A stretch of 63,574 nt of DNA from Phoronis australis (Eukaryota > Animalia > Phoronida), in NCBI GenBank assembly GCA_002633005.1, contig NMRA01000019.1, positions 1,741,018 to 1,804,591 on the forward strand, read 5' to 3'. Of the stretch, positions 27,531 through 41,319 are shown piece after piece. A program made the translations under genes and the position numbers. Every line of letters begins with the position of its first letter. Within the stretch, counting starts at the first letter, position 1. The notes under the pieces were generated by a model that ran no database searches, was not told the origin of the DNA, and saw only the letters and a program-made list of their open reading frames with translations.

Positions 27531-29400
27531 GTTTGTTATAGTGCATTCGTTGATACGAGGGTGTGTTATGATACATGTAGTACCCTCCAAATTTTCCATT
27601 GAACACAATTGCAGCGTACTAGCTGTACCAGGTCAGATATTAGAATTGTTTTGCAAACTAAGTAAATACCATATGGAGAAACAATGAATGCTACATTGAC
27701 AACATTTGCCGTTCCGGAATAGCCATATTCCAAAATATAATAGAGACTGCGCGATAAGATTCACCGAGCATCATTAACTACATATACAATACAGTGTGAT
27801 ATTTGCAGTTTTTTTCAAATATTCTTTGCGAGTATAATGATGCCACATTACTACAACTGTAGAGTGGGACATTCAAACAATCCTCCATAATGTCCAACGT
27901 CTCAAAATGTCTGTGTATGAAGCAAATTGGATTTCGTTCCTGTCAACTGGGACCATCATGCACACTGAGATTACAAAATGGACCAAGCAACAACGCCAGA
28001 AAAATGCCCTAGATTAACTGGCAAGACATTCCAATCTGAACTAACGTACTTTGTTCTTTGTGAATGACTTTGTTGAGTTAAATGAGACAGTGCTGAACAT
28101 CCCCCACTTTGTGTTTTACGGCAAATTTAGACAAAATTATGGCACGGCTATGGAACGCTATGTATTTCCTACCGTACTGAATTTGTACATGAAGTATTGA
28201 AAACATTTAGTCCTTAGTTCGACTACTGTTTCCCATAGATTTTGGAAGCGGTATGTGGACGGCACGTTCACCATCCTGGAGAGGAACTGTATTTGTACCG
28301 GCGTTAGTTAACCACATGAAAGCTCTAGACACTTGTATTAAATTAATTAATGAGATTGAATCATCTCACAGCTGTATTTTGTTTTTAGACTCTCTCATTG
28401 TAAGGTTTTGAAAGTATATCGTGAGTCTACACCAATCAATACCTTAACTTCAACACGCACCACCCATTTTTTATGAAATTCGGACGTAGTTCGGACACTG
28501 AGACAAAGTTGTGAAAGTATTGTCACCAAGGAAGAGGGTAGATCTGTGGAACACGTCTTTTTTAACTTTGCGCTTTCCTCATGTGTATACCCGGGTTGGA
28601 CTCTGAAGACATCTTTTTGTGGACAGACAGAGATGGAGAAGGGAAAATGTGTGGTGGCGCTACCATACTATCAATGTACTTCGGAGACGTTATGCATAAT
28701 TTTTAAGACGCACAGGGTTGAAGTAGCTTCCTGACCTAGACATGAACTGCACTAATTCACTGGTGTATTTCCCAAAGATATATCAAAAGTGTGGTGCCAA
28801 GCATCAAGTGTGTTGTGCTTCTAGTGAGTCTGAGTACGGAGATTGGGGACCGGGTCTAGTTCTCTGTCATCAGCTTTATCTGAACACGCCCAGGAAAAAG
28901 GACATCCCATCAATAGGCAACGTTATTGACAGTGAGAGCCTTTATATTATTAGAAAAATGAGTGAAGCCATACAGTTTAGACAGGCATCATTTCAAATTA
29001 TGACAAGATTTTAAGCCAACGCAAAATCGGTAACTGCAGATTTCTTTGCATTGCTTTAGGTTCACTAAACATCAATGAGAACACACGTGCAGTGTCGTTT
29101 ACGTATATACTTATCACCAAAATTGGATCCTGGAACCCGATTTTTCTGAGGTCATACAACTCATATAAGTCAGTGGTGGACTCTTTTTTGTGATGGCGAC
29201 AACGTGAAGACGAGAGTCCGTCTCCATAAACCACGTTGGTGAAGAGTTCGCCTAGCCCGGCAAATTTTATTTGGTTTATCTGATGCAACGCGGTCCTGTC
29301 GTTTTCGTGTGACTCCATAATTTATGAACACATACACACTGTCTCTATTCTGAGAGAACTTTGACGTACGCACTGACGCCCTGCCCTTCAAGTCTTCAGA
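27530..29400 (-). pseudogene. Decayed DUF6589-like transposon-associated ORF, split by a Penelope insertion
   Basis: GV...ENDRTALHQI...VVYGDGLSSSRCR followed, across the insert, by HTVLY...SGT...HYNK. This resembles the motif order of DUF6589 as I recall it. Second copy at ~47045-49030. Confidence 0.4.
28050..29000 (+). mobile_element. Older Penelope-like element fragment
   Basis: YGTAM, FWKRYVDGTFTIL (YVDD in copy B at ~47850), KVYR, ALPY motifs. Confidence 0.75.
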
Positions 29401-32400
29401 CTGACGTTTCTTAGGAGGTTAGTGACCTCAAACCGGATTGTTCTGAACACCCTCAACCCCCACATCCCACGACCCATGAACCCTTGATCCACTACCCCAC
29501 GACAAAAAAGTACACACTCCCCTCGACCCACGACCTGTGCCAATAGATGTTAATTCAAACACGGTGATTTTTATTTTTGTTGATTGCATATATATGCCAT
29601 GGGCCTTAACGTAGCTAAATTGGAATGTGGTGCTCTGTTCAAAACTTCACAAAGGTATTACAACTTCGTTATCATGTCTATACACTGCATAAAAATTTCA
29701 TCTGTTAAGATCTCGGTGAAAATGAGGACAAGCGTTTAGTACAATGTACTATGATGGGCCGTTAGGGGGAAAGTGTCGCCGAAAAAAAACGAGCGTAATT
29801 GTGTACATTACGCCGTTAATTACGCCGTTAAATTACGATCGTAATTTAATTCTTTACTGCGTAAAATTACGCTCGTAACGAATTAAATTACGAGTGTAAT
29901 TTAATTCTTTACTTCGTAAAATTACGCTCATAATTTAGTTTAACTCTTAGCCAATGACGTAGTTTTTATAATCCACGATCGCGCGCTCATGGAAATATTT
30001 ATTTACTGACGGATTTCATACGAGCGCTGAATCATGGCGGATCAAATTGCTGCTGCCATGTCAGTGATTGTGCAAGAACGAGCTGACCAGCAGCAGTCGC
30101 GTATGTTTGGTCATCACTGATTGGTTTAAATTTGGAACGTTCTTAATGTATATTACGAACGTAGTATACGGCGACATTTCCCCCATTTAATTTACGGGCG
30201 TGACTTTACTGCAACACTTTTGCAATTTAAGTACTAGTCCACGAGAGCACCAGCCATCCAGCGGCAAGGTGGGGGTCAGCCGATTTTCACCAAATTTGGC
30301 ACATAGGCAGTCCTATGGGATCTATAAACAGAGGAAAAATATTTCCTCAAAATATTGCGTTTTTCCAAAGTTGTAGGCTCAAACACATTTTACGGCTTCG
30401 CAGCCATGTTTTCACGGTATTAAAACTGTCAAGTTTTAACTGTTTACATTTTTCCTTGAATGGAAGCTATTGATTTATTATTGACTTGGCATTGTTTAGT
30501 GGTGCCTATAGATTGTTACACAGATGTCTTGAAACAAGATTCCGATTTACCACCCTCATTTAGTAGCTTTACTACACTGCCCCCCGTTATGCCATTTTGA
30601 AGTTGTGTTCAGTACACTGCTGTACCAAATCTGCCCCCACTGCTGTGGGAATGAAACTTAGCCAAAATGTTGACAAATCATGTTACTTTCATTGCATAAA
30701 ATAAAAATTTTGTCAGCCAGTTTATTAGTTATACATTATTGGCACCTCAAATGTACTAAAATGAGAAATTTTCATTTATCTGAGATCCTTGCGTGAGCAC
30801 CGTAAAGTCCGATTTTTCTTCATGTTTTTCGATATTTTGCAAACAAGTTAGTTCCTCCTGAATGTTTTGAACGTTTTACTACTTACTTCTTAGGGCTATA
30901 GTACCCATAAATACCATACATTGCTCCATTTTGTAAAAAGCCGATTATGTCACCCACAGTGAACAGGGTTAGACATGAAAGCGACAAATGTAGGTTATTT
31001 TGATTTACAGTTGTTATATCTTGCAATTTCCTCATGGGTATTTCTTCGCACATCTTCAAGTCAGATTTTCTGTTGATCAAATGTTCATGCAATGCATTTT
31101 AATATCAAATGAATGATAAGTTTTGTGGCATGACCGCAATTTTCCCACGACTTAAAACAAAAGACCGCAGAAATTTTCCTGACGAAATGCCGGGTTTGCA
31201 GTTCTCTAAAAACATTCGAATGACAAGACAAACTCCACCACTGTCCGTGGCAAATCATCGCCTGTTTTTCGCCCATCGGCCCTATCATTGTTTTCCTTCG
31301 TTGTGTCATTGTTGGATATAGCAACACAGGTCGCATGGATACAGAACCTTGCGTACGTCAGACCGTTGCCGATAAGCGCTCGTCATTATATCTTTATTAT
31401 AACAACGAGAACAATGAAGATGCTAATCTATTGTTCTCTATACAACCAGTTTTCCCGTGGATGACCACAGAAGAGGAATCCCAAAGTATCCACTAACAAT
31501 GAGCACGCACCTTAGTAACTATTACCGCGCACACAAATCCTTTCCGTGGAACATATTTTTATATCCGTGTATTGTGTTGTATTACTCATGGTACGGGTTC
31601 AGACCCTGTTGAATTAAGATTCCAATCCCCAACCCTGTAATATACATGTATAGTTTGAGTAAAATTTCTAGACAATGCAGGTCTTTGGATTTATTTTCCT
31701 TTAAATGAAGAGTAAAAATCAAATTCTGCACAGTTTTTTTTAAAGTAATCACTTATTGAAAGATCACACATCTAAAAAATAAAACAATGTTTGACAAGTT
31801 TATTCATTATCTTATTTGAAAATTGCCTACCTCACAGACAACTCATCTAAGTTGAAAATATTTCTTGTGAAAAATATAAAATTCCAACCAGAGACTTGTG
31901 TACTACAAAATATGTTTTCGTAATACAATGCAAAGATAAATGTACAGTCAAAAGTGCAAATGTTATGACTATAATAAAAAATTGCCTTCTAGATCTTTTC
32001 AACACTCCAATTGCTACAGGAAAGAGTCAACCACACAAAGCCCATACAGTCAGGGAATTACATTTAAGGTGATGTAGTCTCACTGCGAGAAAAGTGATTT
32101 TGCAATATTGCTGACAACATTGGAAATCTCTTCTTCACAAACTTGAGGTAGCTGTATTTACCACATCAATGTTCTTATCAAAACTAACAACCACAAAATG
32201 AAAAATTGGTTGTCTGTTCCAACTAGGCAGCATTTTACAATGAAATGATCATGAAAAAATACTTTTGCAACATGGTTTGCATTGCAATTGCCCTACGATT
32301 ACAGTTGTACATACATACTAGACCAATAACAAAATTACCCATGGGAACCATAAAATGGTCAATTCGCCAAAAAACATGGAGCCACCAGACCTAATGTGCC

Positions 32401-33310
32401 AATACTTTTCAGTACTGCAACAACAAATCATTTGAATTGGACATAAACCTAGAGACCAGTCTAATAGTGAGTGATTTTATACACACAGCATGGTCTCAAG
32501 GAATAGCAAACTGTCAATTCCAGAAATCACTTTCTATTTGGATAATGAACAAACTGAGCAAAGTTTATAGAGGTAAATGGTCTAAATCAAAACTTATTAC
32601 CTCATGGACAGAAGGTTCACAACCCAGGCAGAAAGATAAGTTAACAAAACCAGCCTAACTGCAACAGGGGCTCAAATTTCAGCAATATATACCCATTTAC
32701 AAACAAAAATCTATAATGGGAAATAAAATGCGGAAATATAAATTTTCAGATCATTTACGCATCTTCAAGGAAAAGGAACAGTGCAGTGGTCAGAATTCAT
32801 CTAAATGTGATGGCCACACTGAGAATTCCTGACAGACCAAGAGTCCAGAGGCTAAACAAAATAAAACAATGTACCATTACCATGTGGCCCAGGGTCATGG
32901 TCCGTGCCTGGACAAAAATTCAGTCTAGGTAAATTTTAGATTTGTGCTGTTCACACAAGCAGTTCTGGTGCAAAGAAAGTTTGCGACAACACACAAGCCT
33001 ACTTCCCTACACAGCTGTGCTGATACAATAATGCCCCCACTGGATTTAGCAGATCAGTCAGAGTATTTATAGGTCCAGCCACTGTACTGTTTCCTCCTTT
33101 TGAATTTTTACAATGCTACATCCTTGACAATCGCAGATTGCCTCTTTCAATGCATACTCAACTTCCTCTGTCCCAGTTTCCCCACATTTGCTGAGAGTGG
33201 CCTATCTTAACAAATTGCTTTGGACCTGCTATGCTATAAGCCAGTAATACTTTTTCCATGACTCGTTTCTCAAGCTACAAATTCTCTTTGACATATCTTC
33301 TGGGAGTAGA

Positions 33311-35838
33311 TCAGCAGCCGATCCAACTTGACAGCTACAGATTTCTGGCACTTCCATCGTAACATGGACAAGAGACGAGCTCCTCCCAGATCCATCCTAT
33401 TGAATGCAAGCAACACCATTCTCAGGAATGACAGGAAACAGGGTGAGGCTTTTCTCCTGCGTTTCGTCCAGCACAGTGACCACAGTGATGAATCTGAGAG
33501 AAACCTCCTCATCCAACAACTAGATGAACTTTGCAAGACAGCTGAACAGGACAGTCAATTCTCTACAGCAGACGTTGCGGATGCTATCAAAACTTGCAAA
33601 GAGGGTGCCCCTGGCCACGATGGCGTGAGAGTCCTGACACTCAAGTCTTTGCCTGACTTTCTGCTGGCCACGCTCGTGAAGTCCTACAACGTCAGTTTGG
33701 CCACTGGAATCATCCTTCACATCTGGACCGATGCCTTCTTAATTCCTGTACCAAAACCTGGAAAAGACCATCGTGCACTCAAGGGATATCGCATTATAGT
33801 GATGCAAAACGTCATTGAAAAAATCCCTGAAAGGATCATGGCGCAAAGAATCACCAAGTTAATTGAACCCTGGCTCCTCCCAGGAATGGGTGCTTATCGA
33901 CCTGGTAGAGATTCATGGGCCAATGCAGCTTCTTTTGTAGATCAGATATGGCAAGGTTTTGAAAACAAAGAACACACTATCCTCGTTGGCCTTGATCTAG
34001 AAGATGCAAACAATTCTGAACAACTTCCAAAACATGCAGATGACATGCTTCATCTCGGTATTCCAGTACGATGCATTAGATGGGTGATGAGTGCCCTCAA
34101 CAGCCGGCGATGCATGCTAAAACATCGTACATGGTGTTCAGAATGGGTATCTGTCAACACAGGCTTACCCCAAGGTTCACCTCTGTCCCCAGTGCTGTTC
34201 AATATCTACACCCTCCCACTCGCCAGACTGAACCGCGCTGACTGCCGACTTCGCACCTTTGCAGACGACATGCTGCTGTCATCACAAGGACAAACACATC
34301 ATGAGGTTCTCCGCAAAGCACAGTCTACATTGATGGAAATCTGCGAGTTTTGTGCTAGCAGCGGAATGAGCTGCAATGGAGACAAATGTGAAGCTCTCTT
34401 CTGTACTCTGGACAATCGTCTCAGTGTTTTTAATATTTTCCCTTGCTCTGCCTACGATGGGAAGTTGATTGCAGCATTTAACCACACGCGTCACTTGGGT
34501 GTAGAACTCGACCGCAGGCTCAACTTCACAACTCAAGTTAACAGTATGATCAGCCGTGCTAACAGAGGAATCAACGCCCCTAGGGCTGCGGTTGGTCGGA
34601 AGGCGGAGGAAAGGCACCTCGTCATGCTTTATAAAGCCCTGGTCACTTCGGTCTTCGACTACGCTCTCCCCATGATCAACATCAGTAAAAATCAAATCAA
34701 CAGACTTGAGAGGCTCCGAAACATTGGTCTTCGCGTCATCACTGGATGTACGAGATCTACGTCAGTCACAGCATTACGTAACCTTGTCGGTGTTCCCAGC
34801 ATTGCAGACAGACAATCTCTTCTACAAGGTATTACGGTAGCCAAGGCTGTTCAAAGCCCCTTCCATCCATTACAGAGTCAAGTGAAGACTGCACTTGAGA
34901 GGTGCGTGAATCCCGTCCCTGCAACAGAAACTTATGGACTTCGTCCTTGACCTTTTCGCAATGCCTCCCACCAAAGACTTAGCAAGTGCTCTCGGACTGT
35001 CGCGGCTGTTAACGCAACCATGGTTCTCATCGGCGAACACATGATCGCGCAAGATGCTGTTTGGCTGCCAGTGCAAGAATTTGTGAGGAACCGAATGTCA
35101 TCATTGCTTTCAACAGGGAAGCTCGAGAATGGCCACCTGGAGTAGCCCAAGCATTGTGCCGTCAGCAATGGCGTGATCTTGGCGGTATTAATGACATCAT
35201 TGTAGCAACTGATGGATCCTTCGATGGTGAAACTAATCGTGCGGGATGGGGTTATCAAATACGCTGTGCTAACAACGTCATTGCGGAAGGTAGTGGCTGC
35301 CACCATGTATACACAAGCAGTAGGCGGATGGAGTTTGAGGCTATACAACGTGCCCTAACCAAGCTGTCACTCCTAGACCTGGAGAATCACATCATTATCT
35401 TTGCCACCCATTCCATGGCAGTCTTGATGAAAGTTCAATCTGGAAGCCTGCCAGCCAACTGAGGTGTCTTCCGATCACCCCACCCTCATCATGTAGTGAT
35501 CTGGTCTTTCGTACCTGGCCACGCCGGTGTCTTGATTACTGAGCGTGCAGATTACCTTGCTGGCTCATGCACCACCAACCAACCCCTCTACTTATATTCG
35601 GCTGACGTTAAGCTGCTTGCCCGCAAACGTAACCTCGAGCAGACTGCATCCCAACTGGCTGAGTTCAATGATGGCAGCCGACTGCTCGAAGCCGGCCCGA
35701 GGGCTGTCAAATCAAATACTTACAAGCAACGTCAACCCTGGAGTTCTGCGCCTTCTGTTGTCACGGGTATGGTCTGGGGAGGGGAATAATGCACCAGCAT
35801 ATCCCCAATGATCCTGTCCGTGACAGGTATTACAGGTA
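33311..35838 (+). mobile_element. 5'-truncated I-group (Ingi-like) LINE with RT and RNase H
   Basis: 13-bp TSD TTCTGGGAGTAGA (33298-33310 and 35839-35851). RNase H motifs ATDGS, MEFEAI, FVPGHAGV..ERAD. ACAGGTATT repeat tail. Confidence 0.9.
33328..34950 (+). pseudogene. Non-LTR reverse transcriptase, 540-aa open segment
   Basis: APGHDGV, IPVPKPGKD..YRII, LDLEDA, GLPQGSPLSPVLFNIY, FADD, HLGV. Confidence 0.92.
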
Positions 35839-36933
35839 TTCTGGGAGTAGACTTTNCTTTAGGTCAGCCATCATTCAACTAACGGATTGTAAGCTTTAGT
35901 TTGGTAATCAGACGAGTTGGATGAACAAATTTAGTATTATTTCATATTTTAGTGTAAAATGCTAGTGTCCTTAAAATTAATTAAAAACATTTGAGCAAAC
36001 CATTTTTCTTTTAATTGTTGTGTTATACCACGGCATATTAATGCGTAGAAACGGCGCGCAACTAGTGACTGGTTTAACATGACAAATACACATACGCGGT
36101 CTGAAAATAGTGAAATTTCGTCACCTATTACCAGTCTGCCTGAAGGGCTACCAAAGTTTTTACTGTATTAATTTCAAAGGCATGGAGTCTTCTACAGGTC
36201 CATGTTATTATTTTTAGTTTTCTCGCGGGGGCAGCTTCGCTATAAGGCTACAACTTACTGCTAGTTTTTCACAAGAAAGAAATGTAGCTCCACGGAAACA
36301 GTTCCAGTGTTACCATGGTTACCGATATTTCAGTGTCGGTGCCGTTTTTACTGACGTTGGTCATAAACCTATCTTGTGATATCAAAATTGTTCAGAAACG
36401 ATTCTTTTGGAAGCAGAAACTGGAGTAGAAAATTTGGTTAAAAATTACTCATTCCACATCAAGAAATTGGCTCATTTTCCCCCCCAGAACACTTCCCTTG
36501 TATCTCCTAAACCACCAAAATTTGTGGTGTCATACTTCACCCAATTTCTCTCATCCCTAATGTGATTTATCAGACTAAACATGGATCTGAATGGCTGACC
36601 CCCCACCTTGCCGCTTGTTGGCTGTACAGTGGTCGGTGGATTCGTGGACTGATACTTAACTTGCGCTCGTAATTACGAGCGTAATTGTACGGCGACACTG
36701 CTGAAATTTAATTAATTTTACGCTCGTAATTACGAGCGTAATTTTACCGCGACACTTTCCCCTCAAAGGCCCACCATAATGTACTCCCGATTCATTTAGT
36801 CTGATTGTGCGTGCTCACATTTGCATCAACCCCAAGTTACATGCAGGAGGGTGGAAAACGATGTTTACAATGCATCATGTATTCAATTAAACTTCCATTC
36901 ATTCGTTCAATGATAGTATTTGAACATGCTTAC

Positions 36934-37032
36934 CTTGTCACGTGACTTGACATCTGCGACATGCCGCAAACTTAACTCGAAAACTTTGGCGTTGCCTCCC
37001 ACAGCGGCGTAGTGCAACAGGGTTTGATCAGT
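36934..37032 (-). CDS. Ankyrin repeat exon, unit A (TDQTLLHYAAVGGNAKVFELSLRHVADVKSRDK)
   Basis: 99 nt, acceptor ccctttatgttttacag, donor gtaagc, phase 0/0, TxLHYAAxGG...ADV..RDK. Confidence 0.92.
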
Positions 37033-39089
37033 CTGTAAAACATAAAGGGAATTTTTCTTTCTCCCACGCGCTCGTGCAAAAGCATCAAACTTTACGAAGT
37101 GACGTCATGAATTTCACACACTGTAAATGTGAAAACAATGTTTGTTATTTGTCGTACTGATTGTTTTGAGACCCTTTAGAATCCCTACGTGTAGGTAAAT
37201 ATTGAAGTAGAGTGAATATAAGAGTTTTTTTGGGAATGAAAAGGTAACCAATTTTCAAAGGTGCCACAGTACTTCTTAATATCCTGATGGACGAAATGGA
37301 TGTGTGCTTAAGAGGGCCATAAAAATGGCACCTAAATATTGAGCTAGATCAACATCTCTGACAACCGCCTGAAAAGTCTATCATGTAATTCACTGTTTTA
37401 AATTGACAACGGCAGAACAGTTTTACAGGTAAAGAACATTAGCTCGATGACTTCAATAGGAGCCAAAGCTGAGGTTGATCAACCCAAGATGTGACCGCAT
37501 GAACCCAGTTGTAAAATATTCAGCATTACCCCATGTATCATATATGAACACTGCCAGATAAGTCCTGTGATGGGTTACCCCCGAAAGACACGTACGAACT
37601 TCCGACTTGAGCTAAATCAAACCACCAGGTAACCAGTTGAAAGCAATTGCAATATAATTTAGATCATTCAACGTGCCACAAATGATACACCAGAAGTCAG
37701 ACAAAATAAAAGACACGAAATATATTTGAAAATTCTCATTTACTCAGCTCGATACCTTCAACGTTGATTCAAGTAAGGAAATAGAATCAACCAATTACAT
37801 TTCAAATTTGAGCCACGTTGGCTACGTGGGGATGAAATGGACAGTTCGTGGGTGGCATCGTTGGTTGTTGATAAATTAGCTAAGCTGATCCTACTTCCTT
37901 TGCATGAAACCCCCATGCACTGTAAAATATAAATGTACAATCTCAGTCAATTAAAAAATCTCAGTTATACTATTGATATGTCCCATATAATTTAACATGA
38001 CGACGTGTCCTCAATGTAAAAAGCCACAGTCGTGTTTTACCATTTTGGGTCACATCTTACGTACAGCAAATCCTTCACGGGCCATCCAGAGACTAGGACC
38101 AACTAACAGTTTACGTAGCGTATGCACCAGTGTCTTTCCTGGTCACTCCCCAGTCATGGCGGTACCCATTTTAAACAACCTAATGGACTGGATCATTGCA
38201 GTTTCAACGCTTTGCTAGTCAGACACATAATGATCAGTTGGTAGCAAATTCTTACAAACGAAACTTTAAGGCAAATTAAAAATCGGTATTTTGAACAAGT
38301 TCTAACATATGAGATTAAATAATTATTTCCTAATGGCTGATCATTACATGTCAAAAAGTTTTACAAACAGAGACTCGTTGATATCCTCGAATTTAATATG
38401 TGCACGAATTCAGAGACTAAACTCAAAGGTGGATTTAGGGGAGCAGCCCCTCTCACCCCCTGGCTGCCGCAAAAAATAAAACAACAAGACCGTGGGGAAT
38501 TGTTGAATTTCTCAATTAACCATGGCAATTAATATTATACGGCTGAAACAAAATTAGCAATGTGTGCAATTTAAGTCTGTGTGTGCGTGTGGGGGGAAGG
38601 GCTCACGTGTACGTTTCAGACCGCTGGCGCAATCGTAACGGAACTATGGCTAAGTAATGGCGCTGCCGGTCAATATGTGCGTGACATCCCAGCGGAGCGG
38701 CAGTGGCGCTAGGCACCACCACTTTGTGTCTGTTGTCTGCTCCACTGTGCAATTGAAGAAATTACTTCATTTTTTTCAAAGAAAACGGTACCTGATTGAC
38801 GATGAAGAAACATAAGCTACTAATAAGACGTAAATTTCAATCAAAGCCTCAGTGAATCACTTTAGACTTGCGATGTGTTTCAGTTCTAAACACACAAAAC
38901 GTTTGTTATTCCAGGCAGTTCCTCAGGTCCGTTGCGGCCGCCGAGATTGGACATCACGAACATAAACCTCTAGTCACGTAAAGACTATACTAGTGAGCCA
39001 AAGAAATAATGTGTACGTAATTACTTTAGTGAATTAGCAACGCAAATGCAAATGTACTTATTTGTCGAGGGCCGCGAAATCAATTTGCC

Positions 39090-41310
39090 CTTTTACAGAA
39101 CCGCCAGGGAAAGTAACAATGATGTCATACAGAATTTGTTAAATGCAAAAAACTTTTCATTGCTCACAGGCTTTCTTCCGTTACGTTCGTACTTTCGGAA
39201 CAAAACTCTACTCTCAACTGAACATAGATACAGTAACTGACCTAGCGACATAATTAAAAGACACAAGATATTTCGAAACATACTTGGTTTATTCTCAAGT
39301 GAAGATAAAATGACGCAGTGATGCCACCACAGAGTATAAGCTGACGACACACACAGTGAGACACGGCGGGTGTGAAATACTGCAAAGAATGGCAAATGAA
39401 GGGGAGTAACAGGAAAGTCACGCAAACAACTGTAACGTGTGGCGCGACCCTTTTTGCTGCTCATTCAAAACAGGCTTCTCAAAAGCAATTAAAAATTACT
39501 CTAATAGATTCAAAAACGCAGCAAATGACGGGTAATTTTAAGTGCGTGGCATTGCAGAAAAGGATCTTGAATGGCGTCATTTTGAAGATGCATGGATAAC
39601 CGACGGGAAAGACTGCAAACCGTTTGACCAATGTAACATTTGTTTGAAGTTTGAACGAAGACATTTGTTCATAGGGCATATTTACAAACTCATAAACAAC
39701 ACTACAATGTCCAACGGGGCGGACTTTCGCTTTAGAAATGTTATTTTTCATGATCATGTTTGAGGACTTCCTATTCCGATAATAAATAATAACATTGAGG
39801 TAATCATCAGGCTTACAAACTTTAACAGTATCCCTTATAATTGTCTTAATGGCGTGTGGGTCTTGGAGGTAATTATTAGACATGACATTTTTGTAAAATA
39901 TATTTTTGGTGACACCAGTCCGACTTGCAGGGACTTCATAGCTAATTGTGGACACAAATCCCTTAATATGGAAATCCACAAAAGCATTGGTATACCCATT
40001 ATTCACCAGTGTTTGTCTTATGCGATCTACCTCTTTGAACAATAGCCAGTTGGACGACACCGAAGACGCCCTCTCTAGGAAGTTGACCACAACGGCGACC
40101 TCATACCGCTCAGGGCACTCACTTTTGGCGTGGAGACAGAAACCTTTATCAGTAGGTTTGTGATAAACCGATGTAGAAAATTCAGATGGAGAATGGTTCA
40201 CAAGAACGTCCAAAAATGGACTATTCTCATTTACAGGGAGCTCGTGGGTAAACTTCAATACAGAGTGACGCTCAAGTTCATCACGTACTGATAACAAGTC
40301 ATCAAAGGCACAATAAACAAAAATATCATCTACATAACGTACATACATGTAGATAGGAATACCACCAATCACATTGCTAGCCCTTTTTTCCACTTCAGAC
40401 ATATAAAATTCCGAGAAAGTGGGACCCAGAGGAGAGCCAATGCTCACACCATCTTTTTGCAAAAACAATTTTCATTTATATGGCGAAATGATACTTTGGT
40501 TGTGCAGATGGTCAACAACTCTGTCATATGAGTTGGTGAAATGTCGGGTTGTTTTAAATTTGGATTACGGTATACACTATCCAAAATGATAGTAATGGTC
40601 TCATCCACCGGTACGTTGGTGAACAAAGACTAAGCGTCAAGCGAAATATGTTGGTAATGGTGTGCGCAAAATGTCAATGAAATCCTCACGAGATTTAATG
40701 GAGTAACGGCTCTGAATGCGGCTTAATGATGTTATCAAGAAGCTTCGCTGTCTTGTACATGTACGTAGGCGTCAGGATTTGGGATATTATCGGCCGTAGA
40801 GGTACATCTTTTGTGTGTTTTGGGGTTACCATAGAGATAACCTTCGGAGTAATCGCCTTCGATTTCGGAGAAAATGCGACGACCAGCCTCAGCATTTATA
40901 GCCTTAATGTGACGATTCAATTCACCTTTAAGCTCAATGAGGGGTGACCGACTAATGCTGGTAAACTTGGAAGGGTCACATATTAATAGACTAAGTTTAT
41001 CGGAATATTCATCTTGTTTAAAATAACATACTGGGCAGACTTTTCGGCGCGGCGAATAACAATACTATCACTTGAGAATGAAACAAGTATGTTTCGAAAT
41101 ATCGTGTGTCTTTTAATTATCTCGCAAGGTCAGTTGTTGTATCTACGTTTAGTTGAGAGTATAGTTTTGTTCCGAAAGTACGAACGTAACGGAATAAAGA
41201 CTGTGAACAATGAAAAGTGTCGTGCATTTAACAATTTCTGTATAACCGAAAACTTGCTCCCGAAGTTAAGCCAGTTCAAGTAACAATGATGTGAAAAATG
41301 TGTTTGTATA
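39090..41310 (-). mobile_element. Penelope-like element, second family, with inverted pLTR copy
   Basis: RT motifs GVSIGSPLGP, VRYVDDIF, PFLDVLV, VYHKPTD. The GIY-YIG is clearer in copy B (CYIGQT..RRLSMHLQNG). 39110-39310 is repeated inverted at 41060-41250. Confidence 0.92.
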
Positions 41311-41319
41311 TCAAAGTAA

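Larger units (their letters stand above)
30231..36655. mobile_element. Nested TTAA-flanked TIR element
   Basis: TTAA at 30227-30230 and 36656-36659. Inverted ends GTA..AGTCCACG...AGCGGCAAGGTGGGGGTCAGCC. Confidence 0.75.
29751..36777. mobile_element. TIR DNA transposon present only in unit A, carrying nested inserts
   Basis: ~30-bp imperfect TIRs ATG(A/G)TGGGCC..AGGGGAAAGTGTCGC. TSD AATGTACT at 29743-29750 and 36778-36785. TTACG(CT/AG)CGTAA subterminal repeats at both ends. Empty site in unit B at ~49350. Confidence 0.88.

Noticed and set aside
29270-29318. NDRTALHQ as another ankyrin repeat
   Set aside because: No flanking splice sites, the rest of the repeat is missing, and the context fits a decayed DUF6589-like ORF.
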